Source: a virus (Duplodnaviria > Caudoviricetes). From it: a stretch of DNA of 64,000 nt. The notes under the pieces are model-generated. The model worked only from the letters and a program-made list of their open reading frames with translations. It was not told where the DNA came from and did no database searches. The stretch lies in the IMG/VR virus record IMGVR_UViG_3300028797_000004; one strand, written 5' to 3'. Position 1 is the stretch's first letter, and each line of letters opens with the position of its first letter. Made by a program: the position numbers and the translations under genes. Of the stretch, positions 21,567-31,896 are shown piece by piece.

Positions 21567-21821
21567 GTGTGTGTGAACATACAGATATGATGCAGTTGGT
21601 GTGGTTTTACACCCGTGCGAACATAAACTTTTTCCTGGTGGTAGACTAAAATATATCAATCTCTGTGAACGTAGAATTGGCAAATGCAGTTCCTTTTCTT
21701 CGTTATTAGAATAAACGAATTAATCATGCATTAATGAGTCAAAAATCTTGGTGTGGTTTCGCACCCCTGTTCGCTCCGCCAGATTCATCAGAATTCTTGA
21801 GTTGATTAACAGATGATTAAC

Positions 21822-21886
21822 GAATCGTAAATAATTGATTAATTTTCTGAAAAACTATTGATTTCACCCCCAGAAGATGCTATAAT
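21822..21886 (+). promoter_or_regulatory. Host sigmaA-type early promoter, copy 1
   Basis: TTGATT-17 bp-TATAAT with extended TG; 44 bp (21822-21865) identical to 51014-51057. Confidence 0.85.
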
Positions 21887-22033
21887 ACATACAATAACAC
21901 AAATCACCAAAGGTTACTAACAGCAGGCCGCTGCATCGCAGAGTAGAACACACTACCAACAGCCGAGCAGCAGCAATAGTTGCTGCATTACTGCTAAGGT
22001 AACACATCGTTATTCAGTGAAGGGAGAAGTATT

Positions 22034-22366
22034 ATGAAGAACACAAACAACAAGTCCGAGATGCTCAGAAATCATCTCGTGCGCGTAGCGCAGAAGAACA
22101 TTCACCACGCAGCTAATGAGTACATCGGCGGTCTAGAGAATACGCTGTACGATTACGCAGAGACCGACCAAGAGTATATCAACGCTAAGGCGTCACTTGC
22201 CGCTCATGATTTACTTGTAGACATGATCTACGGCATGAGTGTATCAGGTACATTCGGCGACGGCTACTCCGGTCCTGCTAACAACTACACCAAGGCCATC
22301 AAGTTCCTCGGTACAAAGCAGCTTAGAGCGCTTGTCGAGCAGGAAGTCATCAAACAGGGTTATTAA
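22034..22366 (+). CDS. Early hypothetical protein
   Basis: RBS; downstream of the early promoter. Confidence 0.65.
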   Translation: MKNTNNKSEMLRNHLVRVAQKNIHHAANEYIGGLENTLYDYAETDQEYINAKASLAAHDLLVDMIYGMSVSGTFGDGYSGPANNYTKAIKFLGTKQLRALVEQEVIKQGY

Positions 22367-22434
22367 TCATATTACACATGGCGCTGCCACGTCAGCAGCG
22401 CCATTCTCGTTTAGATATCAAGGAGGTATCATTT

Positions 22435-22761
22435 ATGGAGATTAGAATAACAGCTACTGACCGCAGCGATTTTCTTGTGTTTACCAGCTCCGTCTTATTC
22501 GCTGCTAAGACATTAGTTACACTTCAGTGCGCTGAAGCATTTTTCAAGGGCGATCGCGAAGTGACGCCTAGCACCTCTTGCTTCAAGGTAGAGAAGTTTG
22601 AGACTATCACAGACAGATGGGTACCTTGGTACCACGAAGACTCCTGGGGTGAGGTGTATACAGACCTCATTCAGTATATGGAGAACTCGGCTGATGTGTC
22701 AGCTCATGACAGAGAGGACTTTCGTCAGCACCGTGGTAGCATACGCCCGAAAGCGTTGTAA
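22435..22761 (+). CDS. Hypothetical protein
   Basis: AGGAGG RBS before ATG 22435. Confidence 0.6.
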   Translation: MEIRITATDRSDFLVFTSSVLFAAKTLVTLQCAEAFFKGDREVTPSTSCFKVEKFETITDRWVPWYHEDSWGEVYTDLIQYMENSADVSAHDREDFRQHRGSIRPKAL

Positions 22762-22792
22762 TCGTTATTAACTACAAAGGAGGAATTCTCTT

Positions 22793-23833
22793 ATGTTTGA
22801 CATCAAGAATATCAAGCCCAAGACCGAATTTACATTCTGGTTCACCCCCATACCGCACAGCATGCTTAATCTCAACTTAGAGTTACTTGTGCACTGCAGG
22901 GCTGCTGTAACCGAGACAGATCCGCAGGGTGAGCCTGTCGGTAAGGTTGTCTTAGTTCGCAATTATGCTACATCGCTTATGGAGCGCGGAGCAATGATTG
23001 TTGAGTTTCGACTTGACTACAGCGTCATTCACGAAGTGCATCCAGAGTTCAGCGAAGATTCAGCGATTGACGACTTGCTCAAATCTGATTTGAACGATTT
23101 CTTCAACCACAGACCAGAAAGCGCATTATTCTACAAGCCGATCAGCGAGCTGTTCTACTTCCACAACATAGAGCTTGTAGAGTTTCAGAAAGCTCCTACT
23201 GCTGAGCTCATAGGTATCGATACATCGGCTACTGCTGACAGCGTATTCAATGAGCTGCTGGCAGGTGCAATGCTTTCGCTTACAAGTACTAATGGCGCAG
23301 ACGAACACAAAGCTATCGCAAGAGTAGCGAAATGCATCACTTGGCTCAACAGCACAGATTTCTATACAGCTCCTGGCTCAACACAGTATCATGACGCACA
23401 CCCAAAGGGCTTGCTGCTTCATACTCTTAGAGTCATTGAGTCAGCTCAGAAGCTTCTAGAGTCTTCAATGTTCAATCTTGTTCGTCTTGACCAAGCTATC
23501 ATTTGTGCTGCTGCTCATGACTGGTGCAAGATTAACAAGTATGAGATGTATCTGAGAAACGTCAAAGATGAGACAACAGGTACCTGGACTAAGGTTCCTA
23601 GTTACAAGTATCGAGATCAAGAGATACCGTTAGGCCACGGCGAAACGTCAATGTTTATTCTTCAGCGATTTGTACCTGTGTCAGTAGAAATGGCTTGCGC
23701 TATTAGATGGCACATGGGAGCATGGCAAGTGCATCAGACAGCCTACAATGAGCTGCAGAAATCCAATGAGAAATATCCGCTGGTTCATCTGCTACAGTTT
23801 GCAGACCAGCTTTCTATCACAGATTACTTCTGA
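22793..23833 (+). CDS. HD-domain phosphohydrolase with an N-terminal extension
   Basis: APGS..YH...GLLLH, AHDWCK, GHGE, IRWHMG, QFADQ. Confidence 0.85.
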   Translation: MFDIKNIKPKTEFTFWFTPIPHSMLNLNLELLVHCRAAVTETDPQGEPVGKVVLVRNYATSLMERGAMIVEFRLDYSVIHEVHPEFSEDSAIDDLLKSDLNDFFNHRPESALFYKPISELFYFHNIELVEFQKAPTAELIGIDTSATADSVFNELLAGAMLSLTSTNGADEHKAIARVAKCITWLNSTDFYTAPGSTQYHDAHPKGLLLHTLRVIESAQKLLESSMFNLVRLDQAIICAAAHDWCKINKYEMYLRNVKDETTGTWTKVPSYKYRDQEIPLGHGETSMFILQRFVPVSVEMACAIRWHMGAWQVHQTAYNELQKSNEKYPLVHLLQFADQLSITDYF

Positions 23834-23942
23834 TGTTCGTTTCATATATACTTCTTTCTACTGATAGCCCTACCGAAAGGTGGGGCTATTGGTATATACC
23901 TTATATATCTATGAAACACAATACTATGGAGGTGTTCATACT

Positions 23943-24701
23943 ATGAGCGAAAAAGTTTCACAAGCAATGATTCCGCAGACTGTAAAGCAGTATGCTAAAG
24001 AAGATATCACAGAAGCTATCAAGAAGGCTAAGAAGCTTGGTACTGATCTTAAACTAGATACTATCAAGTTTGATGCATATCGTGCAGGTGATGATGAAAA
24101 TAGCTTTTCTGTAGATGCGCAGTGCAGGATCAAGACTGCTGACGGTAAAACATTTGAATTTCCGATAGAGTATGTTATCGAAGGTGACGATGTTTACCTT
24201 GGTGCGGAAAGTATGGGCGATCTTGCTCAATCACTTGTTGATAGAAGCAAAGATTCGATCACGGCTGCTACTCGTCCTCGTAGGAAAAAGCGTATTGTCG
24301 CAGAAGAAGAAGTTCAGATTGCTGATACTCTTGGCGACATCGCTGATTCAGTTAATGATATGCAGGATTCTGTCGAGGATATCACAGAAGACGATCCTGA
24401 TATCGAAGTTGAAAATGATATTACAAATCATTACATATGTCAATGTGACGTATGCAACGGCATCTTTGTTTCTGCTCTCATGGAGACTGATCAGGAAGTA
24501 GATTCAGTTTCTGGTATTTGTCCTAACTGCGGTAAAGAGTCAGAGCAGTTTATCAAGTGGATCGTCCGTGAACTTGACTATGTACCTAGTGTAGCTCCTA
24601 ATCAAGTTTCTGATGAGGAACTTGAAGAGAAGGAAGAAGAAGCTTTTAAGCCTGAGGAAGAAGCTCCGAATAATGATTCAACCAATACTGAGTTTGATTG
24701 A
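23943..24701 (+). CDS. Acidic Zn-ribbon protein with an internal ITAA motif
   Basis: CDVC...CPNC; GGAGG RBS; late motif upstream. Confidence 0.6.
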   Translation: MSEKVSQAMIPQTVKQYAKEDITEAIKKAKKLGTDLKLDTIKFDAYRAGDDENSFSVDAQCRIKTADGKTFEFPIEYVIEGDDVYLGAESMGDLAQSLVDRSKDSITAATRPRRKKRIVAEEEVQIADTLGDIADSVNDMQDSVEDITEDDPDIEVENDITNHYICQCDVCNGIFVSALMETDQEVDSVSGICPNCGKESEQFIKWIVRELDYVPSVAPNQVSDEELEEKEEEAFKPEEEAPNNDSTNTEFD

Positions 24702-24707
24702 TCGGAG

Positions 24708-25052
24708 GTGAGCTCAATGTCAGATACGCTCAAGACGATTCTCATCACAGTAATCACATCTTCAGGTATAATCGGTATCGGCACTAAATTCCTTCTCGCT
24801 AGAATCAAAATGCTCAGAACTCGACAGCAAGCTTTAGAAAAAGGCATTCAAGCTCTGTTGCGTAATGCGCTGATTCAGCAGTATGATTTCTGGTCAACAA
24901 AACAGCATGCGCCTATACACATCAAGGACAACTTCAATAACATGTACCAACAATATCATTCGTTAGGCGCTAATGGCGTTATGGATAATATGTATCAAGC
25001 TTTCATGGAGCTCCCTGTAGCTCCCTCATCAGATAAGGAGGCGTCAGCATGA
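24708..25052 (+). CDS. Holin/anti-holin-like membrane protein
   Basis: N-terminal TM helix; GIQALLR...YHSLGANG pattern typical of Bacillota phage lysis cassettes. Confidence 0.6.
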   Translation: MSSMSDTLKTILITVITSSGIIGIGTKFLLARIKMLRTRQQALEKGIQALLRNALIQQYDFWSTKQHAPIHIKDNFNNMYQQYHSLGANGVMDNMYQAFMELPVAPSSDKEASA

Positions 25053-25459
25053 ACGTATCAACTATGATTCTGCAAGCGGTGATTACAATTGCCTCGGCAA
25101 TAATCACCACCGTATTACTCCCGCTGCTTGCGCAATGGCTTACATCTAAAACAACTAACCAGAAGCTTCAAACTGCTATTCGTGATTTAACACAGACAGT
25201 AGCTACAGTTGTTGATTGCACTGAGCAGACAATGGTTTCACAACTCAAGGCTGATAACAGATGGAACTACGAAACACAATCTCAGGTGCTGAACTACGCA
25301 GTAGAGCACATAATTGAGAACCTTTCAACATCAACTACAAAGTGGCTTGAAGATAATTCTACAAATATTACAGCAACTGTACAGCAGTATGTTGAAGCTT
25401 ATATATTTTCAAAGAAACAGGAGGGTACATCTAATGAAGATAACTCGAAAAACACCTGA
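25049..25459 (+). CDS. Holin (LL-H-like)
   Basis: Single N-terminal TM helix, V...EQ pattern, C-terminal VEA. Confidence 0.6.
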   Translation: MNVSTMILQAVITIASAIITTVLLPLLAQWLTSKTTNQKLQTAIRDLTQTVATVVDCTEQTMVSQLKADNRWNYETQSQVLNYAVEHIIENLSTSTTKWLEDNSTNITATVQQYVEAYIFSKKQEGTSNEDNSKNT

Positions 25460-26564
25460 GCAGCCGCTCGATCAGCAGTTTCCAGATTACGCAGAAGAAG
25501 AGCTTCTGGACACAATCATTTATCCGTTTGAGCTTATCGCTAATGTGAACGCTCGCGGAGATGTAACATATGAAACTAAGGGCTTTGGCTCCAATCTTGA
25601 TGATGAGGAGTATGGTAACTGGTACTGCGAGAAGTATCCTGGTTTAGAGATTGCTACTGCTGACGATGTTGCGGATGCAATTGACCAGCTTATCGTCAAC
25701 ACAGATTCATACAATGAAATTTCAGGTACAGGTGAATATCAACTCACAGGTACTGCATACATAGTTATCAAGACTGACCTCGGTTTCTATGCTGACATAG
25801 AGGAGTCCGATATCACAAATTCTGAAGCAGAGGCAGATTCAGAAATTGACCTTGACGAATCTTACATCGAAGACTTCAAAGTAGTGAAGCTAGGTACTAG
25901 TGTAGAGTCTGCTAAGAAGCTAGATAATGTTGACTATGATGTGATATATGCAGCCGACGGTGCAGATGACGAATACGAACCTTATACAGGTGAGCATGAC
26001 GAATACGAAGATGTCTGGGACAGCATCGCTGATATAGATCAAGAATTCACATCAGCTAATACTTCAATCAACTCAAGCAAACTGCCAGCATTATTCAGCA
26101 TGGTTGAATTTGATCCTGAAACCGTCAATGTAGACTATGGTGGAGGACGATTCGACAACGTAGCTGATTATCTCACTGATTTTGATGTAGTAAATTTAGT
26201 TATAGATCCATTCAATCGTAACAAGAAACATAATCGTGATGCGATCAACCTTATTAGAGATCACGGCGGTGCGGACTCGGCTACGTGTTCTAATGTTCTG
26301 AATGTAATCAAGGAATCAGAAAATAGACGTCAAGTTCTTGAAAACATGAAGAAACTTGTCAAACCCGGTGGTAAGATTTACATCACAGTTTATGAAGGTG
26401 ATGGTACAGGGGAAGAAGGTGTAACTTCTTCTGGTTATCAGCTTCGCAGAAAGACAAAAGAGTATCTTGATGAAATTCGTGAAGTATTTCCTGATGCTGA
26501 ACGAAAAGGTAAGCTGATCTCAGCTACAAATTCTGGTAAGATACCTAACACACCTACATTATGA
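25434..26564 (+). CDS. Acidic N-terminal domain plus class I SAM-dependent methyltransferase
   Basis: VDYGGGRFD, IDPFNR, SNVLNVIKE..R, LVKPGG. Confidence 0.75.
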   Translation: MKITRKTPEQPLDQQFPDYAEEELLDTIIYPFELIANVNARGDVTYETKGFGSNLDDEEYGNWYCEKYPGLEIATADDVADAIDQLIVNTDSYNEISGTGEYQLTGTAYIVIKTDLGFYADIEESDITNSEAEADSEIDLDESYIEDFKVVKLGTSVESAKKLDNVDYDVIYAADGADDEYEPYTGEHDEYEDVWDSIADIDQEFTSANTSINSSKLPALFSMVEFDPETVNVDYGGGRFDNVADYLTDFDVVNLVIDPFNRNKKHNRDAINLIRDHGGADSATCSNVLNVIKESENRRQVLENMKKLVKPGGKIYITVYEGDGTGEEGVTSSGYQLRRKTKEYLDEIREVFPDAERKGKLISATNSGKIPNTPTL

Positions 26565-26740
26565 TAATTCAAACCCTGCGGCTCATTCAGTCGCAGGGCT
26601 TTTGATTATACGAATCGTTATAATTGTTGCATGAAAGGGGTGTTGACTTACTAAGTAATCTGGTCAGTAACCATATATTAACATAAGTACCAACCTGGTC
26701 TTAAGCACTTAGTCGACTTGACTAAAGGAGGAAAATTACA

Positions 26741-26923
26741 ATGGCAAAAAATCCTGCGCAGGAAACTATCACCCACAAGTTCATAGCTGACGGAAGCGCA
26801 TATCCGAAATGCAAAACATGTGTCAACTATGAATTCAAAGACGGTCGCGAAAGGTGTACAAAGTTCGATGCATTCAAACCAACACTAGCATTCAGGTGCT
26901 ATAAGCGCGATCTCAGCAAGTAA
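26741..26923 (+). CDS. Small Cys-containing protein
   Basis: Strong AAGGAGG RBS; CxxC. Confidence 0.6.
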   Translation: MAKNPAQETITHKFIADGSAYPKCKTCVNYEFKDGRERCTKFDAFKPTLAFRCYKRDLSK

Positions 26924-26948
26924 TAGGTAACTAAGGAGGAAAATACCA

Positions 26949-27659
26949 ATGAATTTTACAAACCGAAGTCCCCTCGCGGTAGGGGCATATATTATTTCAG
27001 TGCTTGCAATTATTATCGTGTCTATTCTCGCAAGCGCACTCAACAGTAGACACGAAACAGAGCCTCAGGAGGAACAACCATGTACAACTTCGACGATCAC
27101 TATCGTTTCCAGCTCAACAACATTATCTACGACCACAAGCACAAGAACGACGACGAAGACGACGAATACGACAACGACAACCAGCACAACCACTGTAGCG
27201 ACGACGACTGTCTTGGAGAGTACAGCTCCGACTGAACCTCAGACAGAGCCCCCAGCTCCAGAACCAGTGTATGAGGAGCCTGCTCCGGAACCTGTATACG
27301 AAGAACCTGCTCCTGTTGAACCTGCAGCTACTTCAGGATCACCAATCACTGATTATGAAGTGATTTTACTTAGAAATGTAGTAGCTCGTGAATACGGCAG
27401 CGATTGGGTATCTGTTCCAGAGAAAGCAAAAGTAGTGGCTGTAGTCATGAACCGAGTTAACAATCCTAAGTTCCCGAATACAATTGAGGGTGTGCTTACA
27501 CAACCTTATCAGTTCAGCGGATACTGGGCTTGCAACTATGAGTGGTCTAATGTAACTCAGAGCGTTCGAGACGCTGTAGATTACTACTTTGCTCACACAG
27601 AGGAGTTCGGCGCTTGGACAGGTATGTGGGGCGATGGTACTTGGAATCACTTCTATTGA
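26949..27659 (+). CDS. Membrane-anchored SleB/Hydrolase_2 cell-wall hydrolase
   Basis: TM helix, Thr/Pro-Glu linker, VVMNRV..PKFPNTIEGVLTQPYQFS. Confidence 0.85.
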   Translation: MNFTNRSPLAVGAYIISVLAIIIVSILASALNSRHETEPQEEQPCTTSTITIVSSSTTLSTTTSTRTTTKTTNTTTTTSTTTVATTTVLESTAPTEPQTEPPAPEPVYEEPAPEPVYEEPAPVEPAATSGSPITDYEVILLRNVVAREYGSDWVSVPEKAKVVAVVMNRVNNPKFPNTIEGVLTQPYQFSGYWACNYEWSNVTQSVRDAVDYYFAHTEEFGAWTGMWGDGTWNHFY

Positions 27660-27745
27660 TGTGAATCGTTATAAGCAATAAGAATATAAATCCTAAAACC
27701 TGAGAAACTTTCTTAGGTTTTATCTTTTTGTAGGAGGAAAGTAGT

Positions 27746-29356
27746 ATGGCTGAACTCAATGCTGAGCAGAAAGCTGCTGTAGAGTGCACAGATAGAAAAA
27801 TAGTTTGTATTGCAGGCGCAGGCGCAGGCAAGACCAAAACATTAGTTTCTAGATTGATACATCAAGTAGTTGGTGGCGCTGATGCAACTCATATGTTAGT
27901 GCTCACATTTACAAATGCTGCTGCACAAGAAATGAAAGCTCGATACATCGCTGCTGCACCTGAATTTGATGTACCAACCTTCGGAACATTCCATTCATTC
28001 TGTTATTCACTACTTGTAAATCCTGACATACGCAACGCTCTTGGCTATACAGATGTGCCTACAGTAGCTACACCTGAAGACATTAAATTCTGTAACTCAC
28101 AAGCTAAGCTGATAACAAGACCTAAGCTTCTTGAATCTGAAATGTCTGGTGACGGAGAGAATCTACCTTCATCTAAGAAGCGAGATTACGAGACGTTCAA
28201 GCGTTGTAGAGATAAGCTTCTGCGACAGAGAGGTCTTATCACATTTGATATGATGTGCTACGACATAGGTCAGCTGTTTATCAATGATGAAGCTTGTGTG
28301 CAGCCGATAAAGCGTAGATATGAGTATGTGGTGTGCGACGAGATGCAAGATTCAGACAAACGGCAGATGTCGTTTCTTAAGTCTTTTAAAGATGCAAACT
28401 TATTTGTGGTAGGTGATGCCAAACAGAATCTATATAGCTTCCGAGGTACAACTAACAGGATAATCAAATCGCTTGCTGAATCTGATGAGTGGACAACAAT
28501 CAAGATGTATAAGAACTACAGATGCACAGAAGAAATATGCGAGTTTGCTAACAAGATTCATAAAAGTTGGGGAGATTCTCCTTACAACTTAGCAATACAT
28601 AGTGATAAGCATGATCCGGATTCTGTACATTTTATGCCCGCTTCCGAAGCTTATGAAGTAACCCCTTTGTATTTGTTAGAGATTACACAGAATTCTGATA
28701 AGGAGTCAATTGCATTCTTAGTTCGTACTAATGCAGAAGTAGCTTCGCTTGTAGATAAATGCAAGGCAGTTGGCGTGAAGTATCACACTAATAGTTCCGC
28801 TGACTGGCGAGCTTCCATGCTGCTGGCGTTACAAGATGAGCAGTATGCTATTACCTGGCTGCCGTCAGTACTTAATGCTACTAAGTATAACAATTATCTG
28901 CGGGCGTGCATACTTAATCCGGAATATAAAACTATCATAGGCTTACAGCATTTCACAAGTGAGGACGAAGTGTTTGCTGAGAGATACGGGACATATCTTA
29001 CGCTTAAAACACTACTTGACACAAATATATCTGTATTTCAGAAGTATAAGTCAATCACAGAGAAGCTTGACCTCCCATTTGACGTAGCTGACACACCCGA
29101 TACTGTTGAAGGTATATTTGATCTCCTCAATACTAAACTTGGTAGCGCAACTACTGATGAAGGTGTTTACATCGGTACAATACATTCGTCAAAAGGACTT
29201 GAATACGATACTGTGCACTTGTTCGGCGTAGGCGGATCCAGCTTCCAGATCTCCGACGAGGACTCAAAGAATGTCTTCTATGTAGGATGCACAAGAGCTA
29301 AGAATAATCTTTATATCTATTCGGATAAATATAGAAAGGATGATGAAGAATGCTAG
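27746..29356 (+). CDS. UvrD/PcrA-like SF1 helicase
   Basis: AGAGAGKT, TFTNAAA, DEMQD, VGDAKQNLYSFRG, NYR, TIHSSKGLE, YVGCTRAK. Confidence 0.93.
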   Translation: MAELNAEQKAAVECTDRKIVCIAGAGAGKTKTLVSRLIHQVVGGADATHMLVLTFTNAAAQEMKARYIAAAPEFDVPTFGTFHSFCYSLLVNPDIRNALGYTDVPTVATPEDIKFCNSQAKLITRPKLLESEMSGDGENLPSSKKRDYETFKRCRDKLLRQRGLITFDMMCYDIGQLFINDEACVQPIKRRYEYVVCDEMQDSDKRQMSFLKSFKDANLFVVGDAKQNLYSFRGTTNRIIKSLAESDEWTTIKMYKNYRCTEEICEFANKIHKSWGDSPYNLAIHSDKHDPDSVHFMPASEAYEVTPLYLLEITQNSDKESIAFLVRTNAEVASLVDKCKAVGVKYHTNSSADWRASMLLALQDEQYAITWLPSVLNATKYNNYLRACILNPEYKTIIGLQHFTSEDEVFAERYGTYLTLKTLLDTNISVFQKYKSITEKLDLPFDVADTPDTVEGIFDLLNTKLGSATTDEGVYIGTIHSSKGLEYDTVHLFGVGGSSFQISDEDSKNVFYVGCTRAKNNLYIYSDKYRKDDEEC

Positions 29357-29868
29357 TTCCAGCACAGCTGTATAGAGATGAAATCAGCCGTGAGCTAACT
29401 GCCCGCTGGTACATACCTAGATTCAGTCATTATTTTTCAGGTAATAGGGAGGAGGTTCGGATAGCTGATAATGCTCATTGGCGCAGAGATTTTGCTTATG
29501 AGGACATGCATCATAGACTTGGCGGATATTTCTCTTATGCATACAATGAATCAGCTAGATCCATGAGTAACTTCGGGCTGGTAGGCTTTCAGAAAAATAA
29601 CATAGCATTTCTTCGAGAGGTCAAAGCCCATATACTGCATATGATAGTTACAGGACAGGCTCAGCGAATTGAGTTCTGGGCGTTCACAGATAATCCAGTC
29701 ATGAAATTGTATCGTAGGTGGGCAGAGCAATACGGTGGTGTAGAAATCGCTACATTGCATCGTGTAGCTTTCTACGAAGGGGCATATCATGATATGTCTG
29801 TGTTTGAGTTTCTGCGAGAGGATATACTGTCACATATCACAGTACTACCGGAGGTGTGTTATGAATAG
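29350..29868 (+). CDS. GNAT (RimJ/RimL-like) acetyltransferase
   Basis: NP..KLY...GG....L......G.YHD C-terminal pattern. Confidence 0.55.
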   Translation: MLVPAQLYRDEISRELTARWYIPRFSHYFSGNREEVRIADNAHWRRDFAYEDMHHRLGGYFSYAYNESARSMSNFGLVGFQKNNIAFLREVKAHILHMIVTGQAQRIEFWAFTDNPVMKLYRRWAEQYGGVEIATLHRVAFYEGAYHDMSVFEFLREDILSHITVLPEVCYE

Positions 29869-30241
29869 GTCAGATTTCACTAGAGATATTGAACTTCGTG
29901 CAAGGAAGATGCTGAAGACAAAAGCATTTCTTTCAGAGTTTGCTAAGCATCTGTCAGGGCTGAAAGAGTTCAGCAAGGTGGAGTATGAAGTGACAATTGA
30001 TGCTGCGGGCTATGTGAAAGCAAATGTTGACAGATTAATCAGTGTTTCACACAATAGCCGAAACAAGACAAATCTTATAACTCATATTCTACTTCTGCAC
30101 TGCTCTTCAGAAGATTCACAATTAGGGATACATGGTGACGGTAGCAGGTACCGATTAAACTTATCGCAGTATGTGATAGGTACATATAAGTATGAGCTGT
30201 CATCAACAGGTAAGACTCGGCATTGGAGGAAAATATCATGA
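29861..30241 (+). CDS. Hypothetical protein
   Basis: GGAGG RBS; coupled. Confidence 0.5.
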   Translation: MNRSDFTRDIELRARKMLKTKAFLSEFAKHLSGLKEFSKVEYEVTIDAAGYVKANVDRLISVSHNSRNKTNLITHILLLHCSSEDSQLGIHGDGSRYRLNLSQYVIGTYKYELSSTGKTRHWRKIS

Positions 30242-30606
30242 GAAAGCGATTTTCAAATACAGTGGTGTGCGGACGCTCAGTTCAAGTAGGTAACTTCTAT
30301 CGAAGCTACAATGGTACTTGTGTTGAAGTCATTGCTATCGCAGAGAATGTAGAAACTGGTCAAGAGATGGTCGTCTATCGTACTCGTCACGAACAGAAAC
30401 GTGAAATTGACGATATGATTCTCACTTGTACTGCCGAGGCATTCTTGAGTGATGTGCAAGTTGGTGGTGTAACCAAGACTCGATATCGTGAGGTACTGAT
30501 AGGCGTAACACGTTTTCACGATAAAGAGTGGGTAGAGCTTCTTGAATCGTCACCTATGCGATCACGTCACATGATAAGTTTTGAAACGCAGGAGGGGGCT
30601 CAGTAG
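30238..30606 (+). CDS. DUF1653-like protein
   Basis: G.FYRSYNG..VEVIAIA...[10 protein letters not shown]. Confidence 0.6.
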   Translation: MRKRFSNTVVCGRSVQVGNFYRSYNGTCVEVIAIAENVETGQEMVVYRTRHEQKREIDDMILTCTAEAFLSDVQVGGVTKTRYREVLIGVTRFHDKEWVELLESSPMRSRHMISFETQEGAQ

Positions 30607-31730
30607 TGTTTAGATCATTTAGATTTCGATTGCATTTATCTACATTTCAGTCCGCACAAGTTCGACAAACATTCGGCTGTTGCCGATTTGTCTACAATTA
30701 TTTTCTAGCGGATTCTATCAAACAATACAAAGCTGACAAACAAAGCTTCAACTTATTTCAAAGTTTCAAGCAGCTTTCAGCAATGAGGAAGCTGTCAGAG
30801 TACAGCTGGTTACAACAAGCTGATAGCGAAGCTTTGAGATATGCTTTGAAGCAGCTGAACTCAGCTTACCAAAATTTCTTCAGAAGTTTGGAGTCAGATA
30901 AACATATATGCTTTCCGAAGTTCAAATTTAAACGATTTGCAAAGCAAACATATACAACATCGGCTGTGAACGAAGCTACATTCCGTATTGAAAACAATAA
31001 GATTTTCATACCTAAATTAGGGTTTGTTAAATTCCGAGGTCGTCAACATATGCAAGGCAAACCGATTCATGCTACAATCTCAAGGTCTGCAACTGGAAAA
31101 TATTATATTTCTGTTGTTTGCAAAGATGTTCAAATTGATAAGTTACCTGAAACGCATCAAAGTGTAGGTATAGATTTAGGTCTGAAAGATTTTGCAATCA
31201 CCTCAGACAGAGAAAAATTCTCAAATCCAAAATTCTTCGCAAAATACCAAAAACAGCTTGCAAAAGCTCAAAGAAAGCTGTCCCGAAAACCAAAGGGCAG
31301 CCATAACTTCGAGAAGCAAAAGCTGAGAGTTGCAAGAATTCACGAGAAAATTACAAACTGTCGAACAGATTTCTTGCAGAAGCTATCAACAAGTTTGATT
31401 CGCAGATATGATATCCTCTGCATTGAAGACCTGTCAGTGCAAGGCATGATGCAGAATCATAAGCTTGCAAAATCAATTGCGGATGTTTCTTGGTCACGAT
31501 TTGTATCAATGCTGAGCTACAAAGCTGAGTGGTATGGTAGAACTCTCCAGAAAATCAACAAGTTCTATCCAAGTTCACAATTGTGCAGCTGCTGCGGGCA
31601 TCAGAATCCAGATGTCAAAGACTTAGCAGTTCGCAGATGGATCTGCCCACAGTGCAACACAGAACACGACAGAGATACCAACGCAGCGAAAAACATTTTA
31701 GCTGAAGGTCTCAGATTACTTTCAGCTTAA
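30606..31730 (+). CDS. tnpB: TnpB RNA-guided endonuclease (IS200/IS605 family), no transposon ends visible
   Basis: HTH (FGCCRFVYN), RuvC GIDLG / IEDL / DRDTNAA, CSCC..CPQC Zn finger. Confidence 0.93.
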   Translation: MFRSFRFRLHLSTFQSAQVRQTFGCCRFVYNYFLADSIKQYKADKQSFNLFQSFKQLSAMRKLSEYSWLQQADSEALRYALKQLNSAYQNFFRSLESDKHICFPKFKFKRFAKQTYTTSAVNEATFRIENNKIFIPKLGFVKFRGRQHMQGKPIHATISRSATGKYYISVVCKDVQIDKLPETHQSVGIDLGLKDFAITSDREKFSNPKFFAKYQKQLAKAQRKLSRKPKGSHNFEKQKLRVARIHEKITNCRTDFLQKLSTSLIRRYDILCIEDLSVQGMMQNHKLAKSIADVSWSRFVSMLSYKAEWYGRTLQKINKFYPSSQLCSCCGHQNPDVKDLAVRRWICPQCNTEHDRDTNAAKNILAEGLRLLSA

Positions 31731-31740
31731 AATCGTTATG

Positions 31741-31860
31741 ATACGGTGAGCCACACCGGAATTCACGCCTTTGGAGATCTGATAAGACTTGCGCGCAAGC
31801 GCAAGCAAGGTCGTCGAACAAGGAAGAAACAGATTGTTTCGTGGCGTTATAGAATACATA
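31741..31860 (+). ncRNA. Putative omegaRNA of tnpB #1
   Basis: TACGGTGAGCCACACCGGAATTCACGCCTTTGGAGA...TAAGAC...GGAA scaffold typical of IS605/IS1341 right ends; 3' boundary uncertain. Confidence 0.65.
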
Positions 31861-31896
31861 CAAATCTACTGTTACTGAATGGAAGGAGTAACTACT

